From NCBI GenBank assembly GCA_951406725.2, contig OX597835.1:38750001-38814000 (forward strand): a stretch of 64,000 nt of DNA, written 5' to 3'. This document shows, in pieces, positions 27,280 through 40,986 of this stretch. The translations under genes and the position numbers were made by a program. The notes under the pieces were generated by a model. That model saw nothing but the letters and a program-made list of their open reading frames with translations, searched no databases and was not told the DNA's origin. Every line of letters begins with the position of its first letter. The first letter of the stretch is position 1. Origin of the DNA: Octopus vulgaris. Its lineage: Eukaryota.

Positions 27280-27435
27280 TAGAGAGGGAGAGAGAGATGC
27301 GCACGTGTGTGCGTGTATGTGTGTGTATATGTGTGTGTATATGTGTGTGTGTGTATGTGTGTGTGTGCATACATATGACTGTATGCACATATACGTATTC
27401 ATGCATTTTTGTATATCTGCATATATACATATATA

Positions 27436-27466
<31 letters not shown>

Positions 27467-27513
27467 ATATATATATATATGTATATATGTATATATATAT
27501 ATATATGTATATA

Positions 27514-27551
<38 letters not shown>

Positions 27552-27770
27552 CATATACACGCATGTACATGTATGTATGTATGTACGTGTGTATATGCTG
27601 ACAGGCAGAAAGTCCCAGATATCCTTTGTTCGCGCACTGGAGGGAATGTTTTCCATAAAATAAAAGATGAGACCGCGTAAATATGTCTGAATATGTTTTT
27701 TTTTCCATCTGTGTGAGTGTGTGTCTTTGTGTTTGTGCGTGTGTTTCTGTGTGTGTGTGTATGTATGTTG

Positions 27771-27844
<74 letters not shown>

Positions 27845-28029
27845 GTGTGTGTGTATCTACGGCATGAATGGCAATAAAGACCGTCTGTGAAGCAAGGCAG
27901 TCCAGCTGTAACTTCACCATTGTGCGTTAGACATTTGTTTCCTACCTACCTGGGGGTCACTACAAACATTAAGGCAATCACCTTTACAAACTTTCATTTT
28001 GTTCACACATTGCCTCCTTTCACTGCCAA

Positions 28030-29655
<1,626 letters not shown>

Positions 29656-29670
29656 TTATATCCAGGACAT

Positions 29671-30090
29671 AGGCGCAGGAGTGGATGTGTGGTAAGTAGC
29701 TTGCTTACCAGCCACATGGTTCCAGGTTCAGTCCCACTGCGTGGCACCTTGGGCAAGTGTCTTCTACTATAGCCTCGGGTCGACCAAAGCATTGTGAGTG
29801 GATTTGGTAGACGGAAACTGAAAGAAGCCCGTCGTATATATGTATTTATATATATGTGTGCGTGTATGTTTGTGTGTCTGTGTTTGTCCCCCTAGCATTG
29901 CTTGACAACTGATGCTGGTGTGTTTATGTCCCCGTAACTTAGCGGGTCGGCAAAAGAGACCGATAGAATAAGTACTGGGCTTACAAAGAATAAGTCCCGG
30001 GGTCGAGTTGCTCGACTAAAGGCGGTGCTCCATCATGGCCGCAGTCAACTCACTGAAACAAGTAAAAAAGTAAAAATAGAGTAAAGAGAG
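29671..30090 (+). mobile_element. Full-length ~420-bp tRNA-derived CORE-like SINE (reference copy, resembling octopus OR-type SINEs)
   Basis: A-box-like TGGATGTGTGG, B box GGTTCAGTCCC, CORE-like ACCTTGGGCAAGTGTCTT, internal (TA)/(TG) and an A-rich AAGAGT tail. More than 10 further full or partial copies occur in the window. Confidence 0.85.
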
Positions 30091-30293
30091 GAAGATCAAA
30101 TAGAGAATACTTAAGACATTTTACAATTCCGGGTTCAGCCCCACTGCGCAGTACCTTGAGCGAATGTCTTTTGTTATCGTATCGGGTTGACCAATGTGCT
30201 TGTAGATGAAAGCTGTGTGGAAGCCTATAATGTATGTATGTATGTATGTATGTATGTATGTATGTATGTATGTATGTATGTATGTATTATGTA

Positions 30294-30640
30294 TGTATCA
30301 TGCGCGGGTACATAGAAATTATTGGACCGAATACCCGATCGCACGGTTAAACCATTGGAAGTGTAGGACTCCTAGTCTTTGTAAGGGCATCCTTCTAGGA
30401 GAAGGTAACTCAGGTAACTGGGATAACTCCGACACAAAACCTGCGGCTCAATGGTTACCGATGATGTTGACTTGTTCTTCTTTTCGGATTATGGCTGCTG
30501 TTGCTTAGTGAGTGGGATTGGCTCAGTGCACAGCCTTTCCTCACTTTAAAAAAACAACTTCTTGCACAGGCATTGCACGATAGCAACATTAAGCTTCGTG
30601 CAATGGCCATACTCGATAACGAGGGGGCAGCCACCACCAT
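30294..30640 (+). mobile_element. 5'-truncated copy of the RTE-derived element, within (TATG)n
   Basis: Reverse complement of 2166-2460 with about 45 extra bp. Confidence 0.75.
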
Positions 30641-30795
30641 TATGTATGTATGTATGTATGTATGTATGTATGTATGTGCGTACGTACGTACGTATGTATG
30701 TATGTATGTATGTATGTATGTATGTATGTATGTATGTATGTATGTATGTATGTATACATATATTATTGGCTTCCACATAGCTTTCACCTACAAGT

Positions 30796-30920
30796 ATGAA
30801 AATTGTCCAAACTGAAGTGCTTGAGCGACACATTTTCCCATTCGATTCAATACAGAATTAAGAAATTGTATCTACGGAATTTTGATTTAATGTCGGGTGA
30901 CGTTAGGCCAACTCTTTGTA
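30796..30920 (-). mobile_element. Partial inverted copy of the MITE at 31205-31438
   Basis: Reverse-complement similarity to 31203-31328. Confidence 0.7.
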
Positions 30921-31054
30921 CATATATATATATGTGTCTGCGTGTGTCTGTGTGTGTGTGTGTCTGTGTGCGTCTGTGTGTGTGTGTGACCGCGTGTGTA
31001 AAGTTGGCGATTTTTTTCCTCCGTCTACCCTTCCTTGGACCTTTCCTTTTCCTA

Positions 31055-31092
31055 TGTTTCTGACGAAGAGATCAGCTCGAAACGTTAAATCC
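31055..31092 (+). ncRNA. Minimal type I hammerhead-like motif within a Penelope-type terminal remnant (~30980-31195)
   Basis: TTT-CTGACGA-A-GAG atcag CTC-GAAACGTTA-AA, with a self-complementary AACGTT stem III. Confidence 0.55.
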
Positions 31093-31204
31093 CCCTTCTT
31101 TTTTTTCTTTCCTGAGCTCGCAATAACACTATACTTGTTCCACGTCCCCGCGTTGTCGTGTTTTCTCTTTGTGTTTTCATGTTTGGATTAACTATATATA
31201 TACA

Positions 31205-31438
31205 CAGAGTTGGCCAAAATTCACCCAACAGTAAATCAAAATTCCATAAATACTCTCTGTAATTCTGTATTAACTCGAATGGAAAAATGTGTCGTTCAAG
31301 AAGGACTTCAGTTTGAACAATTTTCATGATGTTTCGCATTTAGATGCTTTTATTAAATACATTCAGTTGTTTAAACATTAATAAATCTTGGAATTAAATG
31401 GCTTTGATTTACTGTCAGGTGACTTTTGGCCAGCCCTG
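31205..31438. mobile_element. Tc1/mariner-type MITE with ~36-bp TIRs
   Basis: CAGAGTTGGCCAAAATTCACCCAACAGTAAATCAAA ... TTTGATTTACTGTCAGGTGACTTTTGGCCAGCCCTG, followed by TA. Confidence 0.8.
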
Positions 31439-32546
31439 TACATGTGTGTATGTACGTGTGTGTGTATATACATATTCATATATAATAATGTACGTGTATC
31501 TGGGTTTGTTTCTACCACCGCTTGACAACCGGTATTAGCTTGTTTATGTCCCCTTAATATAATTCGGCAAAAGAGAATAAATATCATCGCGGATTCCATT
31601 CTTTTCCACATCTGATCACAACCGATTTTTTTCCATTAACAGAAAAATAGACAGAGAGGGCGAGAGAAAAAGAGACTGAGGAGGAAAAGGAGAGAGAGAA
31701 ACACAGAATAGCGCCAAATATTATTTTCATTATTGACCCCGAAAAAGAAAAACAATGAAAATCAAAGATCATCAGGAAGGGTTCAAACTCAGAGAGCCCA
31801 GGAATCGACACCACAATCTTACAATCATGATGCTGACACCCTAACCACTAAGCTACTCGCCTCCACAGAATAAGTAATGGGCAGGCAAAAAATAAGTCCT
31901 GGGAGGGGAGTTGATCTGTTCGACTAAAACCCTTTAAGGCAGTGCTCCAGCATGGCCGCAATCAGATGACTGCAAAACAAGAAAAAGAATAAAAGAAGAA
32001 CTTAACTCACAACCCAATAAATAAATGAATGAATAAAAAGAGTAATGTATTGTGTCTTCTTATTCCCGATCGCCAGTTGGCCAATAATGTCTTTGTTCTT
32101 CTGTTTGCTAATGTTTCTCTACGGCGGATTTTAGGCCTCGAAAGGTCGCGACAATCGTTTGTCACTTGGCTGCCTTTCTGCCCCCCTCCTCGCTCTCTCT
32201 TATATATTTAATGCTTTTTGAGAAATGGCTCTCTACTTTGATTTATTGTTGACCTGAAAACAATGAGACAGGAACAGCAAAAGAAAAAAAAAAGAAAAAG
32301 AAATAAAATAAAGTAAAATAAAAAAAAATGCTAAACAGAAGTGCAGAAAGTGGAACGAATGGTTTATTGTTATGTTGGTGTGACACTATTTAGGTTGGGT
32401 GAAGGAGATGCGTGTGTGAGTGTGTGTATGTGTGTGTGTGTGTGTGTGTGAGGGGGCGTGTATGTGTTGGTATGTGTGTGTGTATATGCATATGTACATA
32501 CGGGTATGAGAGTGTGATAATGCGCATGCTAGCATGTGTGCGTGTT

Positions 32547-32596
<50 letters not shown>

Positions 32597-32664
32597 TGTG
32601 TATGTGTATATATATATATATTCATACATATATATTTGTATATATATATATATGTTTCTGTGTG

Positions 32665-32718
<54 letters not shown>

Positions 32719-32879
32719 CATGTGTGTGTATTTGTATATCTGCATGTATATGTATATACATTTGTGTGTGTGGTATGTGTAAATATATATACACAAACAC
32801 ACATATATATATATTCATATACACATATATAAATACCAACACACAAATGTCTGTGTGTGTATATATATAAATATATATG

Positions 32880-32932
<53 letters not shown>

Positions 32933-32937
32933 ATATA

Positions 32938-33017
<80 letters not shown>

Positions 33018-33441
33018 TATATAGTATATAGCATATCTTGTAGATACAAATAGATGCACGATGTGCGACTGTTGCAGAGTTCCAACAAGAATATGATCGC
33101 CCAGTTTGTCTGTTCCCGCTATAGGGTTTGATTAAAAACTATACATCGAAGTATTGCTAATTTTGATTTAAGGGAAATGATAGAAACAAGCTTATATCAT
33201 TTGGTCCCTACTTACGTTTCCCCATTGTGGCTTCTTGGATCATATTCGTTGGAGGTTCCAAGTGCAATTGGTGGCTTAAACGCAACCGATCATTGGAGTA
33301 ACACTTTATCGCATGTTGTTAAATCGACTGCAGAAATCCTAAGCAACCACAACGCTGAAAATTACATAAGGACTAACTGATATAAATTAGTATTTATTAT
33401 ATTTCATACATATGTGTATGTGTTGTCTGTGTATGTGTGTG

Positions 33442-33479
<38 letters not shown>

Positions 33480-33481
<2 letters not shown>

Positions 33482-33700
33482 CTTTCTTCTTTTTTTGTTT
33501 CAGTCATTTGACTGCGGCCATGCAGGAGCACCGCATTTTAGTCGAACAAATCGACCCCAAGACTTATTTTTTGTAATCCTAGTACTTATTCTATCGGTTT
33601 CTTTTCTCGAACTGCTAAGTTACAGGGACGTAAACACACCGACATCGCTTGTCAAGCGATGGTGGGGGTCAAACATAGAAACAAAAACATATATATATAT

Positions 33701-33737
<37 letters not shown>

Positions 33738-33750
33738 TACATACATGCAT

Positions 33751-33841
<91 letters not shown>

Positions 33842-33970
33842 CCACTCACAAGGCCTTGGCTGGCGGAGACTATAGTAGAAGACATTTGCCCAAGGTGCCA
33901 TGCAGTGGGACTAAAACCGGGACCATGCGGTTGATAAGGAAGCTAATTTCTACACACCCACTCCTGCGCC
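33480..33970 (-). mobile_element. CORE-like SINE with an expanded internal microsatellite
   Basis: The 3' half lies at 33480-33690 and the 5' half at 33838-33970 (reverse complement of AGGCGCAGGAGTGG). Confidence 0.8.
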
Positions 33971-34044
33971 TATATATAAATTGCGAACATGGGCTCTCAT
34001 TCCTTAGATATTTTTCGATGTTGTTGTTGTTATTATTGTTGTTG

Positions 34045-34127
<83 letters not shown>

Positions 34128-34131
<4 letters not shown>

Positions 34132-34203
34132 TTAATGCCTGGAATCGAACTCGGAATCTTGGGGTTAGTTACCCGCGCTCTTAACCAGTATGCCATATGC
34201 CCA
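34128..34203 (-). mobile_element. tRNA-like SINE head followed directly by (AAT)n
   Basis: Minus strand: GGGCATATGGCATACTGGTTAAGAGCG...GAGTTCGATTCCAGGCATTAACCTG(AAT)n. There is no complete cloverleaf. Confidence 0.65.
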
Positions 34204-34482
34204 TGGGTATATATATGATATATATATGATGTATCTATACCTTTGTGTATATGTATATATATATGTATATATATATATGTATATATATATATGTACATTT
34301 TCAGATCCTTTATTTGTTATCTACAATGATCAACTACTCACAAATTCTTGCAATAGACCTAACAGTTCTGTCATAACAGTGGAAACTTCAGAGATATTGG
34401 AAGAGAGTTGACGAGAGGTGTATTTGTCATGTTTGTTGTACACCTCTTCGTCGTTTATGCCTAAATTTTCCCATTTATGATA

Positions 34483-34538
<56 letters not shown>

Positions 34539-34966
34539 CTGGTCTATTAATACATCAACAACAACTAATGCTACTGCTGCTGCTACTACTACTGTTACTA
34601 CTATGATATGTCTGTTCACATGGCTACATAGGTGCAATCTAACCAAAGTTTTGGTCACTCTGACACAATGTCACAGTTCTCAGTTGCGTGTGTTAGTTCA
34701 GAGAATAGAGGAAAAGAGAGAACTTATAGAAAATAAAGGATAGCTGTGGAGCATATTGTTTCAGAGTTATGGAGGAGACAGCGCCAGGAGTGGTTGCTTT
34801 GTCGCGCTGAAGGAGAAATCGGATCTGCTTTTCATTCTTGGCGACTGTTTTTCTTAAAGAACGAGGGCGTGATAGAAAATACTTGCTGTGTATGTGAATG
34901 AGTTGGTGTTATACAGATTTGAATGAAAAGATTTATATATCTGTTTGTCTGTTTGTAGGTCTATCC

Positions 34967-35012
<46 letters not shown>

Positions 35013-35147
35013 ACGTCTATCTAAATACTCATGCGTGTATGCATTCATACATACATACTTACATATATGTATACACACTAAAGGTCTTTTTTTGCTTGAA
35101 TACAGTAATAGGATAACATCTATGACGTATATATATATTTATGTGTA

Positions 35148-35207
<60 letters not shown>

Positions 35208-35619
35208 TACTCATATACATTAGAAAAATATATAATCATATGTGTTTCTGCAAACAACACAAACACACATTCTCGCATACAAACGGAAACATACATATGT
35301 ATATAAACACATACATTTCCCCCAGAGAAAAATGTATATATTATTGAATTATACCAATATTTATATGGTATCCAACTGAAGTACTAGTGAACTGGATGTT
35401 TAACATACCCCTTTGAAGGATTTCTTTTTCTCAGCTTGTTACTTTTATATATATATATATATATATTATATATCATTGTTATTGTTTATATATTTTATTA
35501 TTTATATTATATATATACATATATATACATATATATGCACACACATATATAAGAGAGAGAAAGAGAGAGAGGCGGGGAGAGACATATATACACATACACA
35601 TACATACATACATTCATAC

Positions 35620-35895
35620 ATAACGCATGACACTACACTGTTGCAAAGAACCCAGGTCTTCCGTTTAGAGTGAGGGCTATGTATGGCAGTAGCTTGGGAT
35701 GCAGGGGCCCACAGCTATTTAATGCCTCACCAAAATATTTGACGTTTCTTCATGGAATAGGGGTAGATATATCCAGGAAACAAATTGACCTCCTGCTGTC
35801 GAAGGTCCCAGATGAACCCATCCCACGGCAAAAAACTCAAAAGAGGGCACCTGTGTCGAACTTCCTTCTTTACCAAAAGCCAATCGCATAAGAAT
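35620..35895 (+). mobile_element. CR1-like LINE ORF2 C-terminal fragment
   Basis: SSLGCRGPQLFNASPKYL...VDISRKQIDLLLSKVPDEP matches the RGPxLFNxLP...FKxxLDxxLxxVPDEP pattern. Confidence 0.75.
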
Positions 35896-36109
35896 GGCCA
35901 CTGAAAAGATAATGACACTGACGGTGATCCAGCATGGCCACAGCCTTTGGACTGAAACATAAAGGAATAAATGAAAAAGAATAAACTCAAACACCCACAC
36001 ATATCTTTAGTGTCATCCAATGCCCTCAAATATTTTTAAAACAAGGAAGACTACAATGCACTATAGAATATTCTTGTCCTACTTCCACCGCCGCTACTAG
36101 TACACACCA

Positions 36110-36869
36110 CAAGTACTACTACTACTACTACTACTACTACTGCTGCTGCTACAACTACTGCTGCTGCTACTGCTGCTACGACTGCTGCTACTGCTGCTAC
36201 TGCTGCTGCTGCTGCTGCTGCTGCTACTACTGCTGCTGCTACTGCTGCTGCTACTACTACTACCACTGCTGCTGCTGCTACTGCCGCAGCAGCTGCAGCA
36301 GCAGCTACCACCACTGCTGCTGCTGCTGCTGCTGCTGCTACTACTACTACTACTACTGCTGCTACTACTACTACTACCACTGCTGCTGCTACTACTACTA
36401 CTACCACTGCTGCTGCTACTACTACTACTGCTGCTACTACTACTACCACTGCTGCTGCTGCTACTACTACTACTGCTGCTGCTACTACTACTACTACCAC
36501 TGCTGCTGCTACTACTACTACCACTGCTGCTGCTGCTGCTGCTACTACTACTACTACCACTGCTGCTGCTACTACTACTACTGCTGCTGCTGCTACTACT
36601 ACTACTACTACTGCTGCTGCTACTACTACTACTACCACTGCTGCTGCTGCTGCTACTACTACTACTACTACTACTACTATTGTGCCTACCACCGTCGACA
36701 CAATCACCACTTGTTCTACGGCTGCCACCAGTACACTATCCTCCTGTGAACCATGCCAGCTGCTGCTGCTGCTGCACTGCAGCAGCAGCAGCAGCTGCTG
36801 CTGCTGCTGCTGCTGCTGCTGCAGCACACGCTGCTGCTGCCGCTGCTGCTGCTGCTGCTGCTCACTACC

Positions 36870-36968
<99 letters not shown>

Positions 36969-37041
36969 ATTGTGCCTACCACCGTCGACACAATCACCAC
37001 TTGTTCTACGGCTGCCACCAGTACACTATCCTCCTGTGAAC
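36110..37041. repeat. ACT/GCT and CTG trinucleotide block with a perfect 74-bp direct repeat (36678-36751, 36968-37041)
   Basis: Seen directly in the sequence. Confidence 0.9.
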
Positions 37042-37358
37042 GTAACAACTTTACAAGACGTGTGAACATTAGCTGGTAAGTTTGTAGGTAATTCAACACA
37101 AAAGAGAAAGACAGCCTCTTTGTGGTTGCTGAATCTGCTAAACATGGTAACCAAACTCCTTTAAATCACTCTCTGCCGTCTTAAAAAGAAATAGAAAAAC
37201 AAAATGCACGTTGGAAAAGGTAACCTTAGCAGAGCTTAAAAGAGTAACGTTCAGCTTGTACGTCGGTCAGGAAGCCCTGATAACGTGAAAATATATAATG
37301 GACATCAACGAGTGAGCAGCATCGTAAAAATAGTACATGGTTGACGACTCAAAAGAAC

Positions 37359-37953
37359 GGTAAGATGGCAGAAACGTTAGCACGCCAGGCGAAATGCTTA
37401 GCGGTTTTTCGTTTACTGTTACGTTCTGAGTTCAAATTCCGCCGAGGTCGACTTTGCCTTTCATCCTTTCGGGGTCGATAAACTAAGTACCAGTTACGCA
37501 TTGGGGTCGATGTAATCGACTTAATCTGTTTGTCTGTCCTTGTTTGTCCTCTCTGTGTTTAGCCCCTTGTGGGTAGTAAAGAAATAGATATTTCGTCTGC
37601 CGTTAGGTTCTGAGTTCAAACTCGGCTGAGGTCAACTTTGCCTTTCATCCTTTTGGGGTCGATTAAATAAGTACCACTTACGCAATGGGATCGATATAAT
37701 CGGCTTAATCCGTTTGTCTGTCCTTGTTTGACCCTTCTGTGTTTAGCCCCTTGTGGGTAGTAAAAAAATAGGTATTTCGTCTGCCGTTACGTTTTGAGTT
37801 CAAACTCCACTGAGGTCGACTTTGCCTTTCATCCTTCCGGGGTCGATTAAATAAGTACCAGTTACACACTGGTGTCAATCTAACCGACTTAATCCGTTTG
37901 TCTGTCCTTGTTTGTCCCCTCTATGTTTAGCCCCCTGTGGGTAATAAAGAAAT
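37359..37953 (+). mobile_element. Nin-type SINE: one head followed by three tandem ~183-bp body units
   Basis: Units at about 37405-37587, 37588-37770 and 37771-37953 each carry GAGTTCAAA and ACTTTGCCTTTCATCCTT. Confidence 0.85.
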
Positions 37954-38658
37954 AAACTTTCTAAAGAGATGAACATACAGGCGGATAGGTACATAGGTTA
38001 TATTAACAGACAAGCACACATGCGCAAATGGAGACTGAAACACATGAACATATATGCACACACACACACACACACACAGTTTATCCACACAAGGACACAT
38101 ATGGAGACACGTGTCCATACATAGAGAGATGCACATCCATACATGCAAACATGGTACATAATTGCAAACACGCGCACACACACGCAGACATGCACACACA
38201 CGCAGACATGCACACACAAGGAGACAGAGGTGCATACATATACAAACACACGCTCACACACACACACATACATAAAATTACACAAACACGGACATGCAAG
38301 CACATGAATATGCAGAATACATACATACAGATGCACACACATACATATATGCATATGCATACATACACATATATACAAACACACACATACATACATACAT
38401 ACATACATACATACATACATACATACATACATACGTACATGCATGCATGCATAGGTACACACACCGACTCACATACATGCGCACAAACAAAACGGAACGC
38501 AGTGTAAATAACGGACTCGCGTGCGCGAGTGTAATTATAAATATATATATAAATATATATAATAAATATAAATATATATGTGTGTGTGTGTATATATATA
38601 TGTATGTATGTATATATATATATATGTATATATATATATGTATATATGTATGTATGTA

Positions 38659-38737
<79 letters not shown>

Positions 38738-38740
38738 TCT

Positions 38741-38901
38741 TGTGCCTGGTGAGAGTCATTTTCTAAGAGTTACGACTATTGAAAATGTTGCAAGACGCAA
38801 CGAAAATTTTAGGAAAATAAAGATAAGTAATAATTGGAAAATTTACCGGTGAGTGTGTTACATAATAACGCACAAAAAGAAAATGACTCTTCCCAGACAC
38901 A
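38741..38901. mobile_element. MITE-like element with 24-bp imperfect TIRs
   Basis: TGTGCCTGGTGAGAGTCATTTTCT ... AGAAAATGACTCTTCCCAGACACA (3 mismatches). Confidence 0.65.
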
Positions 38902-39179
38902 GCAAAACTTTCTAAAATAATACTCAGAGTGCATTATCTCTGCTAAGCCTAGAAGTAGGTATGTTACGTAAGATTAATTTTGAGGATTTGATCAAAGACT
39001 TTTCAATTACAAAAAGTAGGAGCAAATCTTTTTAATTACAAATAAAGTGGAAACATACAAAAATAAACATTATTTACTGTTAGTTTTGGTTCATTTTGAA
39101 GAATAAAAATTTATGTAATGGTTTCTTATTGCTTATTTTTTTAATTACATATATATAGATAATGATGATGATGATGATG

Positions 39180-39243
<64 letters not shown>

Positions 39244-39245
<2 letters not shown>

Positions 39246-39540
39246 GAATGATAAAAAAAGGTAGTGAAACCTATTTGAAAATGATACCAGGCTTACCATC
39301 CCTACAGGAAGTGGGAAAAAAATCGTGTTAACTGGAACGGCTCATGTACTGAGAATAGCATTATCGCTGTGAAAACAACATCCATTCATGAATATATTTA
39401 TTTATTAATTTTTTTAAAATACATATTTTACCTGTGAATTTGCGTGTGTAATCTGGGAATGCATACAATGACCTTCTCTGCCCTAGGTGTACGGAAAGCA
39501 CTCGGTGAGAAACAGAAGAAAATTTGAAGAAAGAAGGAAA
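39244..39540 (+). mobile_element. Short 3' fragment of a second R4/Dong-type LINE inside (AAT)n
   Basis: MIKKGSETYLKMIPGLPSLQEV / KIVLTGTAHVLRIALSL* parallels the C-terminus of the 24737-25036 ORF. (AAT)n lies on both sides. Confidence 0.8.
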
Positions 39541-39606
<66 letters not shown>

Positions 39607-40324
39607 GATAGTAAGGATTCTTATCTTAACTGATATATACAGGCATATACAGGCAAATATAAATATCAACATATATATATATATATATATATACACAATA
39701 TATCCCCTTGCGTATATGTTAATATGTTTGTATATACAACGTTTGATGTTGTTTGTTAAAGAAAGACAAGAAGAGAAGAAAGAAAAAAAAGGTAGAATCG
39801 AAGAAGTGGTGGGGTGAGGAGAAGAGAGAAAGAGAAATGTATGAACCAGCGTTCATACAGATTATCATGCTGGAAAAAGAAAATGAAGAAAATAAATAAG
39901 GTTCAGTGAAAATCTCCTGTGCGTATACCCATGCCTGTATACGCACACATATAAATAGACGTGCGTAAACATACCCTCATAAATACATGCATATATATAT
40001 ACATAGTAGACACTTGTATACACGCATACCGCCATTTTCGGTTGTGGGTAACAGCTGCCCTCTGAACACCAATGTGGTTTTAAAAGGATACAAGAGAAAA
40101 AGCATGTCTATAACCTCGTCTTTCGGTTCACTGATTTGTACAATTTCAAATCGATTTTCCCTTATCAATGACATGCACTGCGATACCAGTTGGTCGTTGT
40201 GTTATGTTTATCAACGACCCGGGCAACGCCGCAGTACATTGTGTGTGTTGCGTACGTTCCGCTTAAACGCGAAAATCGAGTAAATACTATATACATACAT
40301 ACATACATACATACATACATACAT

Positions 40325-40444
40325 ACATACGGCCATATCACGTTGAAAGCACCGGTTCTCGTCCGATCACTGAAGTTAAGCAACATCGAGCCTAGTTAGT
40401 ACTTAGATGGGTGACCGCTTGGGAACCCTAGGTGCTGTAAGCAT
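40325..40444 (+). rRNA. 5S rRNA copy, probably a pseudogene or retrocopy
   Basis: TACGGCCATATCACGTTGAAAGCACCGGTTCTCGTCCGATCACTGAAGTTAAGC...TTAGTACTTAGATGGGTGACCGCTTGGGAACCCTAGGTGCTGTAAGC. The CCTAG/CTAGG helix is retained, the first 3 nt do not pair with the 3' end, and no T4 terminator follows. Confidence 0.92.
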
Positions 40445-40454
40445 TCCATTTCTT

Positions 40455-40612
40455 CCCCCGTCACTTAGCGGTTCGGCAAAAGAGACCGATAGAATAAGTA
40501 CTGGGCTTACAAAGAATAAGTCCCGGGGTCGATTTGCTCGACTAAAGGCGGTGCTCCAGCATGGCCGCAGTCAAATGACTGAAACAAGTAAAAGATAAAA
40601 GAAAAGATAAAA
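40455..40612 (+). mobile_element. 3' half of the CORE-like SINE joined to the 5S copy
   Basis: Near-identical to about 29930-30075. Confidence 0.9.
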
Positions 40613-40689
40613 ATATATACATACATACATACATACATACATACATACATACATACATACATACATACATACATACTTACATATATATA

Positions 40690-40895
40690 TGCAGTCTCCA
40701 TGATAGATCATTAGCCACTACAGACATTTTTTTCTCTCCTTGTTGCTCTCCTAGATTTTTCTGTGTCCCTTTCTGTCGAAGAGCGTAGGCTCGAAACGTA
40801 AAAGACTTTTTTCTATTCCTGAGCGTTATACTAATATATATGTTTATTTTGTACACCACCTGTCTTCGTCTTTGGTTTTTTCGTAAACTCTTCCT

Positions 40896-40986
<91 letters not shown>

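Noticed and set aside
33060-33380. Possible old RTE fragment (MIQEATMGKRK*GP on the minus strand)
   Set aside because: A single short degenerate motif is insufficient to call.
37405-37953. Regularly spaced repeats suggestive of a CRISPR array
   Set aside because: The units are homologous along their whole length, with no unique spacers and no cas genes, in a eukaryotic context.
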